Positions 30,938-41,900 of a stretch of 64,000 nucleotides of DNA are shown here, in pieces. Made by a program: the position numbers and the translations under genes. Position 1 is the first letter of the stretch. Each line of letters starts with the position of its first letter. This stretch comes from an uncultured Steroidobacter sp. (GTDB taxonomy: Bacteria > Pseudomonadota > Gammaproteobacteria > Steroidobacterales > Steroidobacteraceae). Below the pieces are notes generated by a model. It was not told the origin of the DNA, made no database searches, and saw nothing but the letters and a program-made list of their open reading frames with translations. The stretch covers positions 17,487 through 81,486 of the forward strand of contig CALFXI010000058.1 in assembly GCA_937958065.1 (NCBI GenBank). Reading direction: 5' to 3'.

Positions 30938-33526
30938 ATGGACAAGCATTCGGTTTCGTTACGACTGGCCATTCTCGGAGCACTGGGCACTGCTGGCACG
31001 ACGATCTCTTTCCAAGCACCGGCCGAACCGGCACACGAAAGCGTCGAAGAAGTCACCGTCGTCGGTTCCCGCCGCGCGAATGCGCCCGACACAGTGGCTC
31101 CAGTCGATGTGATCTCCGCGGCCCAGTTCGAGAGCGTCGGGGCGCCGGACATGGACAACATGCTGCGCAGCCTGGTGCCCTCCTACAACGTCGCACAACA
31201 ACCCATCAATGACGAGTCGACGCTGGTACGGCCGGCAAACCTGCGGGGTCTGCCTCCGGACAACACGCTCGTACTGGTGAACGGCAAGCGTCGGCATCGC
31301 GGCGGCGTGATTACGTTTTTGGGCGACGGTCTGTCCGATGGCGCTCAAGGCCCCGATGTCGGCCCCATTCCGACCATCGCACTCAAGGAAGTGCAAGTGC
31401 TTCGGGACGGCGCGGCCGCGCAGTACGGTTCCGATGCCATCGCCGGTGTCATCAACTTCCAACTGAAGGACTCGGCCGAAGGCACTGCATTCGAAGCTCG
31501 GTACGGCCAGTACTACGCGGGCGATGGCGCGACTTCGCAGCTGGCGGGAAACATGGGATTGCCGCTCGGCGCGAACGGATTCGCCAACCTCAGCTTCGAG
31601 CTGAGCGAATCGGACCCGACTTCACGCAGCGCGCAGCGTGCCGATGCACAAGCGCTGATCGATGCCGGCAACACAGCGGTGCTCACGCCGGCGCAGGTGT
31701 GGGGGCAGCCGAAGATCAAGGACTCGATCAAGTTCTTCGCCAACACCGGCTACGAGTTCACGACGAACCTCGAAGGCTATTTCTTCGGCAACTATGCGAG
31801 CCGCGAGGTCGACGGTGGCTTCTTCTATCGCAACCCGAACACGCGCGCCGCGGTGTATTCGAACGACGGCGGTGAAACGCTGCTGGTCGCGGACCTGAAC
31901 CCGGATAACGCCATCTCCTGCCCCACCGTGGCGATCGACAACGATGCGCCCGATCCCGTTGCGCTCGCGCTGATTTCATCCGGCGGCGCGTTGGACTCGG
32001 AGTGTTTCGTGTTCAATGAGATGTTCCCCGGCGGGTTCACACCCCGCTTCGGCGGCAAGATCACCGATCAGTCCGCGGTCGCCGGCCTGCGCGGCACGTT
32101 CGCCAATGGCCTGCGCTACGACGTGAGTGCCGCCTACGGCAGCAGCGAGGTCGAGTTTCTCATCTCTAACACCGTCAACGCCTCGCTCGGGCCGGATACC
32201 CCGACGCGCTTCAAGCCGGGCGTGAATCATCAGACCGATACCAACTTCAACATCGATCTGGCCTACCCGCTCGCGCTCTCGGGCCTGGCCTCGCCACTGA
32301 ACGTCGCGTTCGGCTTCGAATGGCGCGAAGAGGAATTCGAGATCGAGCGCGGCCAGCTCGAGTCCTATCAGATCGGGCCGCTCGCGAGCCAGGGCTTCAG
32401 CTCCGGCTCGAATGGCTACAGCGGCTACGGTCCGCAATCCGAAGGCGTGTTCGCGCGCGACAACATCGCGCTCTATCTGGATCTCGAAGCAGATGTGACG
32501 AACAGGTTGATCCTCGGCTCCGCCGTGCGCTGGGAAGACTTCGACGACTTTGGCACGACCACCAATTTCAAACTGGCGGCACGCTACGAGCTCACCGACC
32601 GCTTCGCGGTTCGATCGACCGTCAGCACTGGCTTCCGCGCCCCCACGCCGGGACAGGCAAACATCGTTCGCACCATCACGCAAATGGTGAACGGCCAGCT
32701 GAGCGAAACCGGCGTGCTGCCGCCCACCAATCCGATCGCCATCGCGCTGGCCAACGTCGCCTCCGACGGAGCATTCTCCGCCGCGCCGCTCAAACCGGAA
32801 GAGTCATTCAACTGGACGCTGGGCACGACGTTCGATCTGGGACCCGTGGGCGTGACGCTCGATTATTTCAACATCACGCTCGAGGACCGGATCGCGCTGA
32901 GCAGCCTGATCGACATCGATCGGACCGATCCGGCGCAGATTGCGATTCTCGACCAGTTGAGCACGAGCGGCGTGCCCGGCGCCTCCACACTCACCGCATT
33001 CCAGTTCTTCACCAACGACTTCGAGACGGAAACGCAGGGCATCGATCTGGTCGCGACCCTGCCGTTCGCGCTGGCGGGCGGCAGTTCGAGCCTGACCCTG
33101 GCACTCAACTGGACCGACACCCGACTGAAGGAGATCACCGCGCTGGCGGACGCCACCCGCAAGATACAACTGGAAGATCAATTGCCCGGGTATCGCGCGA
33201 TTCTCACGGGCACGCATTCGGTGGGCCCATGGAGCTTCATGGCGCGCACCAGCTACTACGACTCCTACATCGTCGCACTGGATATCGGCGCGGACGCCAG
33301 CGGCGAGTTCGATGGCAAGTACGGCGGCGAGCTGCTGGTGGATCTGGAAGCGAGCTACCGGATCACCGAGGGCTACACGCTCACCATCGGCGCACAGGAC
33401 GTCTTCGACAACACGCCCGACCGCTTTCCCAATCCCGAGCTCAACAGCGGCGCGATCTATCCCACCGGCTCGCCCATGGGCTTCAACGGCGGCTTCTGGT
33501 ACGCGCGGCTCAACATCAATTTCTAG
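30938..33526 (+). CDS. TonB-dependent receptor
   Basis: EEVTVVGSR, NLRGLPPDNTLVLVNGKRRH, VLRDGAAAQYGSDAIAGVIN, C-terminal GFWYARLNINF. Confidence 0.93.
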   Translation: MDKHSVSLRLAILGALGTAGTTISFQAPAEPAHESVEEVTVVGSRRANAPDTVAPVDVISAAQFESVGAPDMDNMLRSLVPSYNVAQQPINDESTLVRPANLRGLPPDNTLVLVNGKRRHRGGVITFLGDGLSDGAQGPDVGPIPTIALKEVQVLRDGAAAQYGSDAIAGVINFQLKDSAEGTAFEARYGQYYAGDGATSQLAGNMGLPLGANGFANLSFELSESDPTSRSAQRADAQALIDAGNTAVLTPAQVWGQPKIKDSIKFFANTGYEFTTNLEGYFFGNYASREVDGGFFYRNPNTRAAVYSNDGGETLLVADLNPDNAISCPTVAIDNDAPDPVALALISSGGALDSECFVFNEMFPGGFTPRFGGKITDQSAVAGLRGTFANGLRYDVSAAYGSSEVEFLISNTVNASLGPDTPTRFKPGVNHQTDTNFNIDLAYPLALSGLASPLNVAFGFEWREEEFEIERGQLESYQIGPLASQGFSSGSNGYSGYGPQSEGVFARDNIALYLDLEADVTNRLILGSAVRWEDFDDFGTTTNFKLAARYELTDRFAVRSTVSTGFRAPTPGQANIVRTITQMVNGQLSETGVLPPTNPIAIALANVASDGAFSAAPLKPEESFNWTLGTTFDLGPVGVTLDYFNITLEDRIALSSLIDIDRTDPAQIAILDQLSTSGVPGASTLTAFQFFTNDFETETQGIDLVATLPFALAGGSSSLTLALNWTDTRLKEITALADATRKIQLEDQLPGYRAILTGTHSVGPWSFMARTSYYDSYIVALDIGADASGEFDGKYGGELLVDLEASYRITEGYTLTIGAQDVFDNTPDRFPNPELNSGAIYPTGSPMGFNGGFWYARLNINF

Positions 33527-33556
33527 CCGGATGGAGCAATGGAAATGGCGCGGTGT

Positions 33557-33576
33557 GCAGACGCCGCGTCTGCTTT
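33557..33576 (+). terminator. Hairpin plus short U-tract between TBDR and oxidase (weak terminator or stability element)
   Basis: GCAGACG-CCG-CGTCTGC-TTT. Confidence 0.45.
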
Positions 33577-33588
33577 GGAGAACAACAC

Positions 33589-35157
33589 ATGACGAACGCA
33601 TCGCTCTCACGACGCACGTTTCTGCACCTGGTCGGCGCATTCGGCGGCTCGACTGCCGTGTATCGAGCCGCGGTTGGCATGGGCTTGCTGCCGATGAGCG
33701 CACACACGCCGCGACCGGACATCGCTCCCGTGCCGGCGCGCAAGCGCAAATCCGTCTTGATCCTGGGCGCCGGCATCTCCGGCCTGGCCGCCGCCTACGA
33801 GCTCGACCGCAAAGGTTATGACGTGCAAGTCATCGAAGCCTCGCATCGTGCCGGCGGCCGCAATCTCACCTTGCGTGGCGGCGACCTGATCGATGAAGCG
33901 GAGTACCCGCAAACGTGCGAGTTCGATCGCGATCCGGATCTTTATTTCAACGCCGGTCCGGCACGCATTCCCGGTCACCACGCCTCGTTGCTGGGCTACT
34001 GCAAGGAGCTGGGCGTGGCGCTCGCGCCTTTCATCAACGAGAACCGCAACGCCTGGGTGCAGGACGATGCCATGTTCGGCGGCCGACCGGTGCGCAATCG
34101 CGAATACATCGCCGACTCGCGCGGCTTCGTCGCCGAACTGCTCGCCAAGACCGTGCGGCCGGAGAGCTTCGGCACGGCGTTCAATGGCACCGACTATCAG
34201 CAGCTGCTCGAGTATCTGCGCCAGTTCGGCGAGCTCGACAGCCGCTTCAAGTACGTCAGCTCGACGCGCGCGGGCTACGCCACTCACGACTACGCGAGCC
34301 CGCCAGCCTTCAAGCAGCCGCTGAATGCCCGCGAGTTGCTGCGCTCGGGGTTCATCTACTTGATGAGCTTCAGCGAGCTGGACGATCAGTCCGCAATGAT
34401 GATGGAGCCGGTGGGCGGCATGGATCGCATCGTCACGGCATTCATGGCGAAGATCGGGCACCGGGTGAAGCTCAGCTCGCCCGTACAGTCCATCCGGCTC
34501 GGTGCGTCGGGCGTCGACGTGCGCTATCGCCACGCGGGCGGGATCGTCGATGCGCACGCGGACTTCTGCCTGACGTGCATTCCCATGCACCTGCTGGCGC
34601 GCATCGAGCACAACTTCCCCAAGGAATACGCCGACGCGCTCACTGCCGTGCCGCACGGCAAGCTGTTCAAGATCGGGCTGCAAATGAAACAGCGTTTCTG
34701 GGAGAGCGAGGGCATCTATGGAGGCATCTCCTGGACCCTGCAGGACATCATGCAGCTGTGGTATCCGGCGCATGGCATCCACCGCCAGAAGGGCGTGATG
34801 CTCGGCGCCTACACTTTCAGCGACGAGGTGGCCGAGAAGTTTGCGCGATTGCCGCCGGCGCAGAGAGTGGCGCTGGCCATCCAGCAAGGCGAGAAAATCC
34901 ATCCCGGCTACGGCCGTCATGTCGAGAGCAGCATCAGCATTGCCTGGCATCGGATGAATCATATGTTCGGCTGCCCCGCGCAGTGGAGCGAGCCGTTGCA
35001 ATCCCAATGCTTCAAGACGCTGCAGGCGCCGGCCGGCCACCACTATCTGATCGGCGATCAGATGAGCTATCACCCCGGCTGGCAGGAAGGTGCGCTACAT
35101 TCCACCTTCCATGCGATCGCGGACATCGACAAGCGAGTCCGCGCGAGCACCACCTGA
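33589..35157 (+). CDS. Tat-exported flavin monoamine/L-amino acid oxidase family protein
   Basis: SRRTFL Tat motif; ILGAGISGLAAAYEL, EASHRAGGR, FNAGPARIP, GWQEGA; true start ATG 33589 with GGAG RBS. Confidence 0.9.
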   Translation: MTNASLSRRTFLHLVGAFGGSTAVYRAAVGMGLLPMSAHTPRPDIAPVPARKRKSVLILGAGISGLAAAYELDRKGYDVQVIEASHRAGGRNLTLRGGDLIDEAEYPQTCEFDRDPDLYFNAGPARIPGHHASLLGYCKELGVALAPFINENRNAWVQDDAMFGGRPVRNREYIADSRGFVAELLAKTVRPESFGTAFNGTDYQQLLEYLRQFGELDSRFKYVSSTRAGYATHDYASPPAFKQPLNARELLRSGFIYLMSFSELDDQSAMMMEPVGGMDRIVTAFMAKIGHRVKLSSPVQSIRLGASGVDVRYRHAGGIVDAHADFCLTCIPMHLLARIEHNFPKEYADALTAVPHGKLFKIGLQMKQRFWESEGIYGGISWTLQDIMQLWYPAHGIHRQKGVMLGAYTFSDEVAEKFARLPPAQRVALAIQQGEKIHPGYGRHVESSISIAWHRMNHMFGCPAQWSEPLQSQCFKTLQAPAGHHYLIGDQMSYHPGWQEGALHSTFHAIADIDKRVRASTT

Positions 35158-35186
35158 CTCTCATACCTCGACAACAAGGAGAACCG

Positions 35187-35696
35187 ATGACCCGCCTCGT
35201 CCGTCTTGCCAACGCTGTAATCTGCTCCGCCCTGCTCGCCAGCAGCGCGCATGCCGCCGACGTGGTACGGCATCCACTGCTCGGAGGCTCGAAATTTCCG
35301 ATCGCGCGAGCCGTCGAGGTTCCCGCCGGTGCCAGCATTCTCTTTCATAGCGGCACCACGCCTGCCCCGCTCGATCCGAAAGCTCCCGCGGGCACGGCTG
35401 CCTATTGGGGCGATACCAAAGCCCAGGCGCTGAGCACTTTCGCGAGAATCAAAGAATCGCTCGACCAGCTCGGCCTGGATTTCGGTGACGTGGTTGCGAT
35501 GACCGTTTACCTGGTCGGCGATCCGGCCAAGGGCGGCCGCATGGACTTCGATGGCTTCATGGCCGCGTACTCTCAGTTTTTCGGCACGGCCGAACAACCG
35601 AACCTGCCGGCACGCTCGACCGTGCAGGTTGCCGGCCTGGTTCAGCCCGGCATGCTGGTGGAGGTCGAAGTGCAGCTCGTGAAGCGAAGCCGCTAG
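35187..35696 (+). CDS. Rid/YjgF-family imine deaminase with Sec signal peptide
   Basis: Signal ...ALLASSAHA; MDFDGFMAAYSQFF, LPARSTVQV (catalytic Arg), LVEVEV; AAGGAG RBS. Confidence 0.88.
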   Translation: MTRLVRLANAVICSALLASSAHAADVVRHPLLGGSKFPIARAVEVPAGASILFHSGTTPAPLDPKAPAGTAAYWGDTKAQALSTFARIKESLDQLGLDFGDVVAMTVYLVGDPAKGGRMDFDGFMAAYSQFFGTAEQPNLPARSTVQVAGLVQPGMLVEVEVQLVKRSR

Positions 35697-35704
35697 CGTC
35701 GGGT

Positions 35705-35770
35705 TTGCATCTTCCGGTATTACTCATACAATTAAAAAAGTCCGTGGCGGCGGTAACCACTCCAGTGGTT
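35705..35770 (+). promoter_or_regulatory. Putative sigma70 promoter and downstream operator for GH27
   Basis: TTGCAT-N16-TACAAT (35705-35732); dyad AACCACT-CC-AGTGGTT (35755-35770). Confidence 0.5.
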
Positions 35771-35807
35771 CCCCGCTCTTAGTCAGGACTGACTCGGGGG
35801 ATGAAGA

Positions 35808-37181
35808 GTGTCGACAGGAATCAACCGCCGCGAATTGCTCGCGGCTGCGGGTGCGCTCGGGCTGATCACGCAGAGCGCATCATCGACATCGCAGGCCGCG
35901 CCAACGGCGAGCGGCGGCGGTGCGCCCCTGCTCGCACCCACTCCGCCGATGGGCTGGAACAGCTGGAATTCCTTCGCCACGACCATCACCGAGGAGCAGG
36001 CGATCGCGAACGCCGAAATCATGGCGCGCGAATTGAAGCCGTTCGGTTACGACATCTTCACTATCGACATTCAATGGTATGAAGGCGCGGCGACGGGCTA
36101 CGAGTACAACACCAAGCCCATCCCGACGATGGATGAGCACGCGCGCCTGCTGCCGGCACCGAATCGATTTCCTTCCAGTGTAAAAGGTGCAGGCTTCAAG
36201 CCCATCGCCGACAAAGTCCACGCCCTGGGACTGAAGTTCGGCGTGCACCTGATGCGCGGCATTCCCCGGCTCGCGGTGGAGCGCAACCTGCCCATCCTCG
36301 GCGGCAAATGGAAAGCGCGCGACATCGCAAACACGGCCAGCGTGTGCCCCTGGAACCCGGACATGTACGGCGTCGACATGAGCAAGCCCGGTGCGCAGCA
36401 GTACTACGACAGCGTGTTCGCACTGTTCGCCTCCTGGGGTGTCGACTTCGTGAAGATGGACGACATGAGCCGGCCTTACGACGCGAACGCGCCGGAGATC
36501 GAGGCCGCGCAGCGAGCGATCCAGGCCAGCGGACGTCCGATGATCCTGAGCCTGTCGCCTGGCGAGACGCCGCTCACCAGCGGCGAGCACGTGCGCCGGC
36601 ATGCGCAGATGTGGCGCATCAGCGATGACTTCTGGGATGAGTGGCCGCAGCTGAAGGCGCAGTTCACACGACTGGAGAACTGGTCGATGTTTCGTCAGCC
36701 GGGCCGCTGGCCGGACGCGGACATGCTGCCGCTCGGCCGATTGCAGATGGGCAAGCGCGATTGCCGGTTCACGCCGGACGAGCAACGCACGTTGATGACG
36801 TTGTGGTCCATCGCGCGCTCACCGCTGATCATGGGCGGCGATCTGCGGCACCTCGACCCTGCGACGCTCGCGCTGTTGACCAATCGCGAAGTGCTCGCGG
36901 TCAACCAGGCCAGCCGCGACAACAAACCGGCCGCGCTCATCGAAAACGTGCGCACCTGGACAGCGCGTGCCGAACGGGGCGAAGCGCGCTATCTCGCGAT
37001 GTTCAACATCAGCGACCAGCCGGACAGCAAGCCCGTTCATTTCGATCTCGCGCGCCTGGGACTCGAATCCGCCAAGGTTCGCGATCTCTGGGCACAGCGA
37101 GACATCGGCACCGTTCGCGACCGCGTCTCCGCCACTCTCGCGCCCCACGCCTCCCTGCTTTACAGCCTCACGCCGGTGTAG
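35808..37181 (+). CDS. Tat-exported GH27 alpha-galactosidase/beta-L-arabinopyranosidase-like enzyme
   Basis: NRRELL Tat motif; TPPMGWNSWN, IDIQW, GVDFVKMDD, WRISDDFWD, WPDADMLPLG. Confidence 0.92.
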   Translation: MSTGINRRELLAAAGALGLITQSASSTSQAAPTASGGGAPLLAPTPPMGWNSWNSFATTITEEQAIANAEIMARELKPFGYDIFTIDIQWYEGAATGYEYNTKPIPTMDEHARLLPAPNRFPSSVKGAGFKPIADKVHALGLKFGVHLMRGIPRLAVERNLPILGGKWKARDIANTASVCPWNPDMYGVDMSKPGAQQYYDSVFALFASWGVDFVKMDDMSRPYDANAPEIEAAQRAIQASGRPMILSLSPGETPLTSGEHVRRHAQMWRISDDFWDEWPQLKAQFTRLENWSMFRQPGRWPDADMLPLGRLQMGKRDCRFTPDEQRTLMTLWSIARSPLIMGGDLRHLDPATLALLTNREVLAVNQASRDNKPAALIENVRTWTARAERGEARYLAMFNISDQPDSKPVHFDLARLGLESAKVRDLWAQRDIGTVRDRVSATLAPHASLLYSLTPV

Positions 37182-37277
37182 CTCGAACAAAGTGCCTCGA
37201 CGCGGTAACCAGATTCGCGGCGAACGCTCTTAAGACTGCACAAGGTTACGACTTCACGGGCCGACATCCGGAGAACC

Positions 37278-37793
37278 ATGTCAGCCGAGGCTGCTCGCGC
37301 ATTGATTACCGGCTTGGTTGCCAGCCACGGCGTGAAACTGCGCCGCTTCCTGCTCCTGCGTACGCGCAATGCCGCCGACGTGCCCGATATGTTGCAGGAA
37401 GTGTATCTGCGGATGTTGCGCGTCCCGAACGTGGAATCGATCCGATCGCCGGAGGCTTATCTGTTCACGGTCGCGCAACACGTCGTTCAACAGCATTCGC
37501 TGCGACAGTCGGCGACACCGCCCTCGATCGAGCTGAGCGAAATGCTGAACTCCGCACGCGCGGTCCCCGATGTGGATCCAGTGCTCGAACTGGATGCACA
37601 ACAGTGTCTGGAACAACTGCAGTCCGAGCTGGATCGCCTGTCGCCCAAACTGCGCGCCACCTTCCTGCTGCATCGTCGAGACGGTCTGTCGCTCGATGAA
37701 ATCGCCGGGCGACTCGGCACGTCGCTGCCGATGGTGAAAAAGAACCTCATGCAAGCGCTGGTGCAATTGCGTCAGCGGCTGGAGCGAGGCTGA
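37278..37793 (+). CDS. ECF sigma factor (FecI-like)
   Basis: DMLQEVYLRML, AYLFTVAQH, LSPKLRATFLLHRRDGLSLDEIA; immediately upstream of a FecR-like gene. Confidence 0.9.
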   Translation: MSAEAARALITGLVASHGVKLRRFLLLRTRNAADVPDMLQEVYLRMLRVPNVESIRSPEAYLFTVAQHVVQQHSLRQSATPPSIELSEMLNSARAVPDVDPVLELDAQQCLEQLQSELDRLSPKLRATFLLHRRDGLSLDEIAGRLGTSLPMVKKNLMQALVQLRQRLERG

Positions 37794-37796
37794 GCC

Positions 37797-38876
37797 ATGC
37801 CGCGTCACCCCTCCGCCCGGCTCAACGCGCAGATCTACTCCGAAGCATCGGAGTGGTTCGTGAACTGCCGCAGCGGCTCGCTCGACGACCGAACGCGCCG
37901 CAAGTTCGATGCGTGGCTGCGTCAGTCACCACAACACTTGAGTGCCTATCTGGAGCTGGCCGCGATCTGGGACGAAGGCCCGATGCTGGATGCAGAGCGT
38001 CGCTGGGACACCGACACGCTCATCGCGGAAGCGCGCGCAGAGCAAAGCAACGTCACTCGCTTGAACACCCCGTCCACCGTGCGAGCCCCCTCCGCCCTTT
38101 CTCACGCACGGTGGGCGGCGGTGGTCGCCTGCATTGTCATCGGTCTGGCCGCGTTCGTGTGGATTCATTTGTTTCTCGAACCCGTCTACGTCACCCAGGT
38201 CGGCGAGCAACGTTCGATCACTCTGCCGGACGGTTCGACCATGGAGCTCAACGCCCGCTCCAGAGTGCGGGTTCGTTATTCCCAGCGCGAGCGCGCGCTG
38301 GAGCTGCTGGAAGGCCAGGCGCTGTTCCGGGTGGCCAGGAACCCGGCGCGGCCCTTCATCGTCACCAGCGATGGCACGCGAGTGCGCGCGGTGGGAACGC
38401 AGTTCGATGTGAACAAGAGACGCGAGGGCACGGTCGTGACAGTCGTCGAAGGTCGAGTTTCCGTGCTGACGGACGTGCCCGATGCCCGCATCGAGCCGGT
38501 GACGGTCGAGATGACTGAACCGATGCCGAGGCTGCCCAATGACAGCGGTGCTGGAATCCTGCTCGCCGCGGGCGAACAGATCTCGGTCGGCGAGCAAGCC
38601 GCCAGGAGGATCGCGCAGGCCGATGTCGCACGCGCCATCGCCTGGACCCAGAAACAGCTGATATTCAAAGCCGCGACGCTCACCGAGGTCGCCGAAGAGT
38701 TCAATCGCTACAACCAGCGGCAGCTCATCGTGCAGGACCCGGAGCTGTACGACTTTCATATCAGCGGCGTGTTCGCTTCGAGCGATCCAGGCGCATTGCT
38801 GCAATTCCTGCGCGAGCGCGCCGGTGTGCATGTGGTGGAGAGCGACGATGCGATCTACCTGACCCGGCAACGGTAA
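37797..38876 (+). CDS. FecR-family anti-sigma/sensor
   Basis: EASEWF..FDAWL, TM helix, VGEQRSITLPDGS.MELN, LLEGQALF.VA, VRAVGTQF.V. Confidence 0.92.
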   Translation: MPRHPSARLNAQIYSEASEWFVNCRSGSLDDRTRRKFDAWLRQSPQHLSAYLELAAIWDEGPMLDAERRWDTDTLIAEARAEQSNVTRLNTPSTVRAPSALSHARWAAVVACIVIGLAAFVWIHLFLEPVYVTQVGEQRSITLPDGSTMELNARSRVRVRYSQRERALELLEGQALFRVARNPARPFIVTSDGTRVRAVGTQFDVNKRREGTVVTVVEGRVSVLTDVPDARIEPVTVEMTEPMPRLPNDSGAGILLAAGEQISVGEQAARRIAQADVARAIAWTQKQLIFKAATLTEVAEEFNRYNQRQLIVQDPELYDFHISGVFASSDPGALLQFLRERAGVHVVESDDAIYLTRQR

Positions 38877-38957
38877 CCGACGAGCCGTCGCACCTCAGAC
38901 GACGGCTGGAACGACAGATCGAGAACGAGCCGCGTGCGAGCGCGGCTGGGGGATGTC

Positions 38958-41900
38958 ATGCGAGTAAGCGTAGCAGCTGTTTGCCTGGCGCTGATGGGAC
39001 TGTCCGGCACGGCGGAGTCGCAGGCTGCGGCCAGGAAACAAACGGATATTCCGTCGCAGGGCCTCGGGCTGGCGCTGCAAAGCCTGGCCAGGGAGCGCAG
39101 CTTTCAGCTCGTCTACGTGTCCGAGGAGGTCGACACTCTGAACACGCAGGGTGCGGTCGGCGAGCTCACGCCCGAAGAAGCGCTGACGAAGCTGCTCGCG
39201 GGCACCGGCCTCACATTCAAGTATCTGAACGAACACACCGTCACGATTTTGCCCGTCGCGCCCCCGCCCCCCGCGCGCGCGAGGCCCATCAACGCAGAGC
39301 CCGGAGAACAACGCGTGCCACGCATCAGCAGACCTTGGATCGTGAAGAACGTTCGTCTGGCTTCGGCGGCTTCGGCCGTCATGTTTGGAGTTGCGGGCGG
39401 CCCCGCCGCCGCGCAATCCAGTGCCGCTCAACAAAACCTGGAGGAAGTCGTCGTCACGGGCATTCGCAGCAGCTTGCGCCAGGCAATGGAGATCAAGCGC
39501 GACTCGGATCAGATCGTCGACTCGATCGCTTCGGAAAGCCTGGGCAAGTTCCCCGATACAAACATCGCCGAATCCCTGCAGCGAATCACCGGCGTGTCCA
39601 TCGATCGCAGCGGCGGTGAAGGCCAAGGCGTCACGGTGCGCGGCTTTGGGCCGGAGTTCAACACGGTGCTGCTCAACGGTCGTCGACTCGCTTCGGACAC
39701 CGGCGCGCGCTCGTTCAACTTCGACGTGCTGCCCGCCGAGCTGATCTCCCGCGTCGATGTTTACAAGAGCGCAACGGCCCTGCTCCAGGAAGGCGGTATC
39801 GGTTCCGCGATCCTGCTGCATACACCGCGACCGCTGGAGCTCGGCGATTTCAAGAGCATCCTTTCCGCCAAAGCGCTGTATGAGGATCTGTCCGAGAACA
39901 CGACGCCCGAAGTGTTCGGCATGATCAGCGACACGTTCGCCGACGGACGCATCGGCCTGCTCGCCTCCGCTTCGTATCAAAGGCGCAAGAACCGCTCCGA
40001 ACGCATCCTCACCGACGGTTATCTCACCGCGCCTCGTGACAGCATGACATTGATCGCCGATGACCTGGCCGCGCAAGGCTATGCCGCCGACGATCAGTTC
40101 TTCATTCCGCAGAATCTGAACGTCAGCCCGGTCGATGAAGATCGCGAGCGAATCAACGTCAACGCTACGTTTCAATATCAGATCTCGGATCGCCTGCGCC
40201 TGACGGTCGACGGCATGTACGACCAGTTCAGTGTGTTCACCGAGGCGAACTCGCTCGGCTTCTTCGTCACGCCGTCCATCATCACGAATGCGCAGTTCGA
40301 CGAGCATCGAACCGCGACGAGCATCACGCAAACGATCGATGCCGCGATCGACTTCACCCGCTCCGAACGCGATCGCCCCACCGATATCTATGCCGGCGGT
40401 CTCAATCTCGCCTGGGACGTGAGCGACAGCGTCAATGTCACGCTCGACTCGTCGTGGTCTCGCGCCAGGTCCGGCGGCGCGGAAGGCACCAACGTGGCGG
40501 TCGTCGGCTTCCGCAAGGATATCTACACGCTTTCGTACGGACCCAACGGCATTCCCACGGTCACGGGCGTGCCGGCAGCGGACTACGTCGATCCGAGTCT
40601 GCCGGTGGCTCACTTCAATCTGCGCGGCACGGGCGGCGGTCCCCTCGGCGGCGGTGCGGACCTCGAAGACAGGATCCTCGAGCATCGCATCGAAGCGCAA
40701 TGGCAGCCCGAGCACGATGTGCTCAAGCGCGTCACGGTCGGGGGCTACTATTCGGAAGAGAAACAGCGCCGCGACACCCGGCTGTCCGATAACAACATCC
40801 TGTGCATGTACTGCGGCTACTTCGTCGACATCCCCGATGAGTTGATGCGGCCGTATAACGTCGGTTCCGGTTATCTCGGCGGTCGCGTGTCCGTGCCCTC
40901 AGCGTGGCAGGCCTTCGATATCGATCCGCTGCTCGCCTATCTCGAGTCTGCCGAAGCCGCCAGCGCGCGCGATGCTGCACAAGGCCTCCCACCTGGGAGC
41001 ACGCTGGCCGAACTGGCTGCGAGCAACGGCTTCGAAATCCATCAGCGACCGGACTCTTCGCGAGTCGAAGAAGAAGTCGCGGCGTTGTATGCGGATGCGA
41101 GCTTCGAGGGCACGCTCGCTCGAATGCCCTGGAATCTCACGGTCGGCGCTCGCTATGTGCGCACGAAGACCACCGCGTTCGGGATCTCTCAAGCGCTGCA
41201 GGATCTGGTGAACAGCGGCGACCCGACGCTTTACACGACCGTGCTGGGCGATCCGGTCACCGTCAGCCAGACCAACCAGTACAACGATTTTCTGCCGAGC
41301 CTGAGCTTCCGTTTGAACGTGACCGACGACGTGGTGTTGCGCTTTGCCGCTTCCAAGACGCTCACTCGTCCACCGCTCGGCGCCTTGTCACCGCGCCTCG
41401 TGATCGGCACGACGCGACCCGGCAATCTGCAGGCCTCCAGCGGCAATCCGGATCTGAAGCCGTTCGAATCCCGGAACGCCGATCTGTCGGCCGAGTGGTA
41501 CTACCAGGAGAATGGTTTCATCACCGTCGGCGTGTTCTACAAGGAGGTCGAGAACTTTCTGGTGAACACCGTCGAGAATCGCGCCCTGCCCATTGCCGAC
41601 TCGGACGATCTGTTCGCCGGCTATCCGGTGTTCGAGGTGAGCCTGCTCGACAATCTCGAGAGCGCCACGGTCAAGGGCGTGGAAATCGGCGTCCAGCACA
41701 GTTTCGACTACCTGCCCGGCGTCTGGAGAGGCTTCGGCGTGGGCGCGAACGCGACGCTGGTCGACAGCGGCGCCGAATTGAACGTGGATGACGTCTCGCA
41801 GACCTTCGCGCTCGAAGGCCTGGGCGACTCCTATAACGTCGTCGGCTTCTACGAGAACGGTCCGCTGGAAGTGCGCGTTGCCTGGAACCGCCGCGAGCGT

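Noticed and set aside
32320-33588. N-terminal 423 aa of the 945-aa ORF (likewise the extension of 33915-35696)
   Set aside because: Off-frame overlap with the upstream gene; real starts with RBS and signal peptides are at 33589 and 35187
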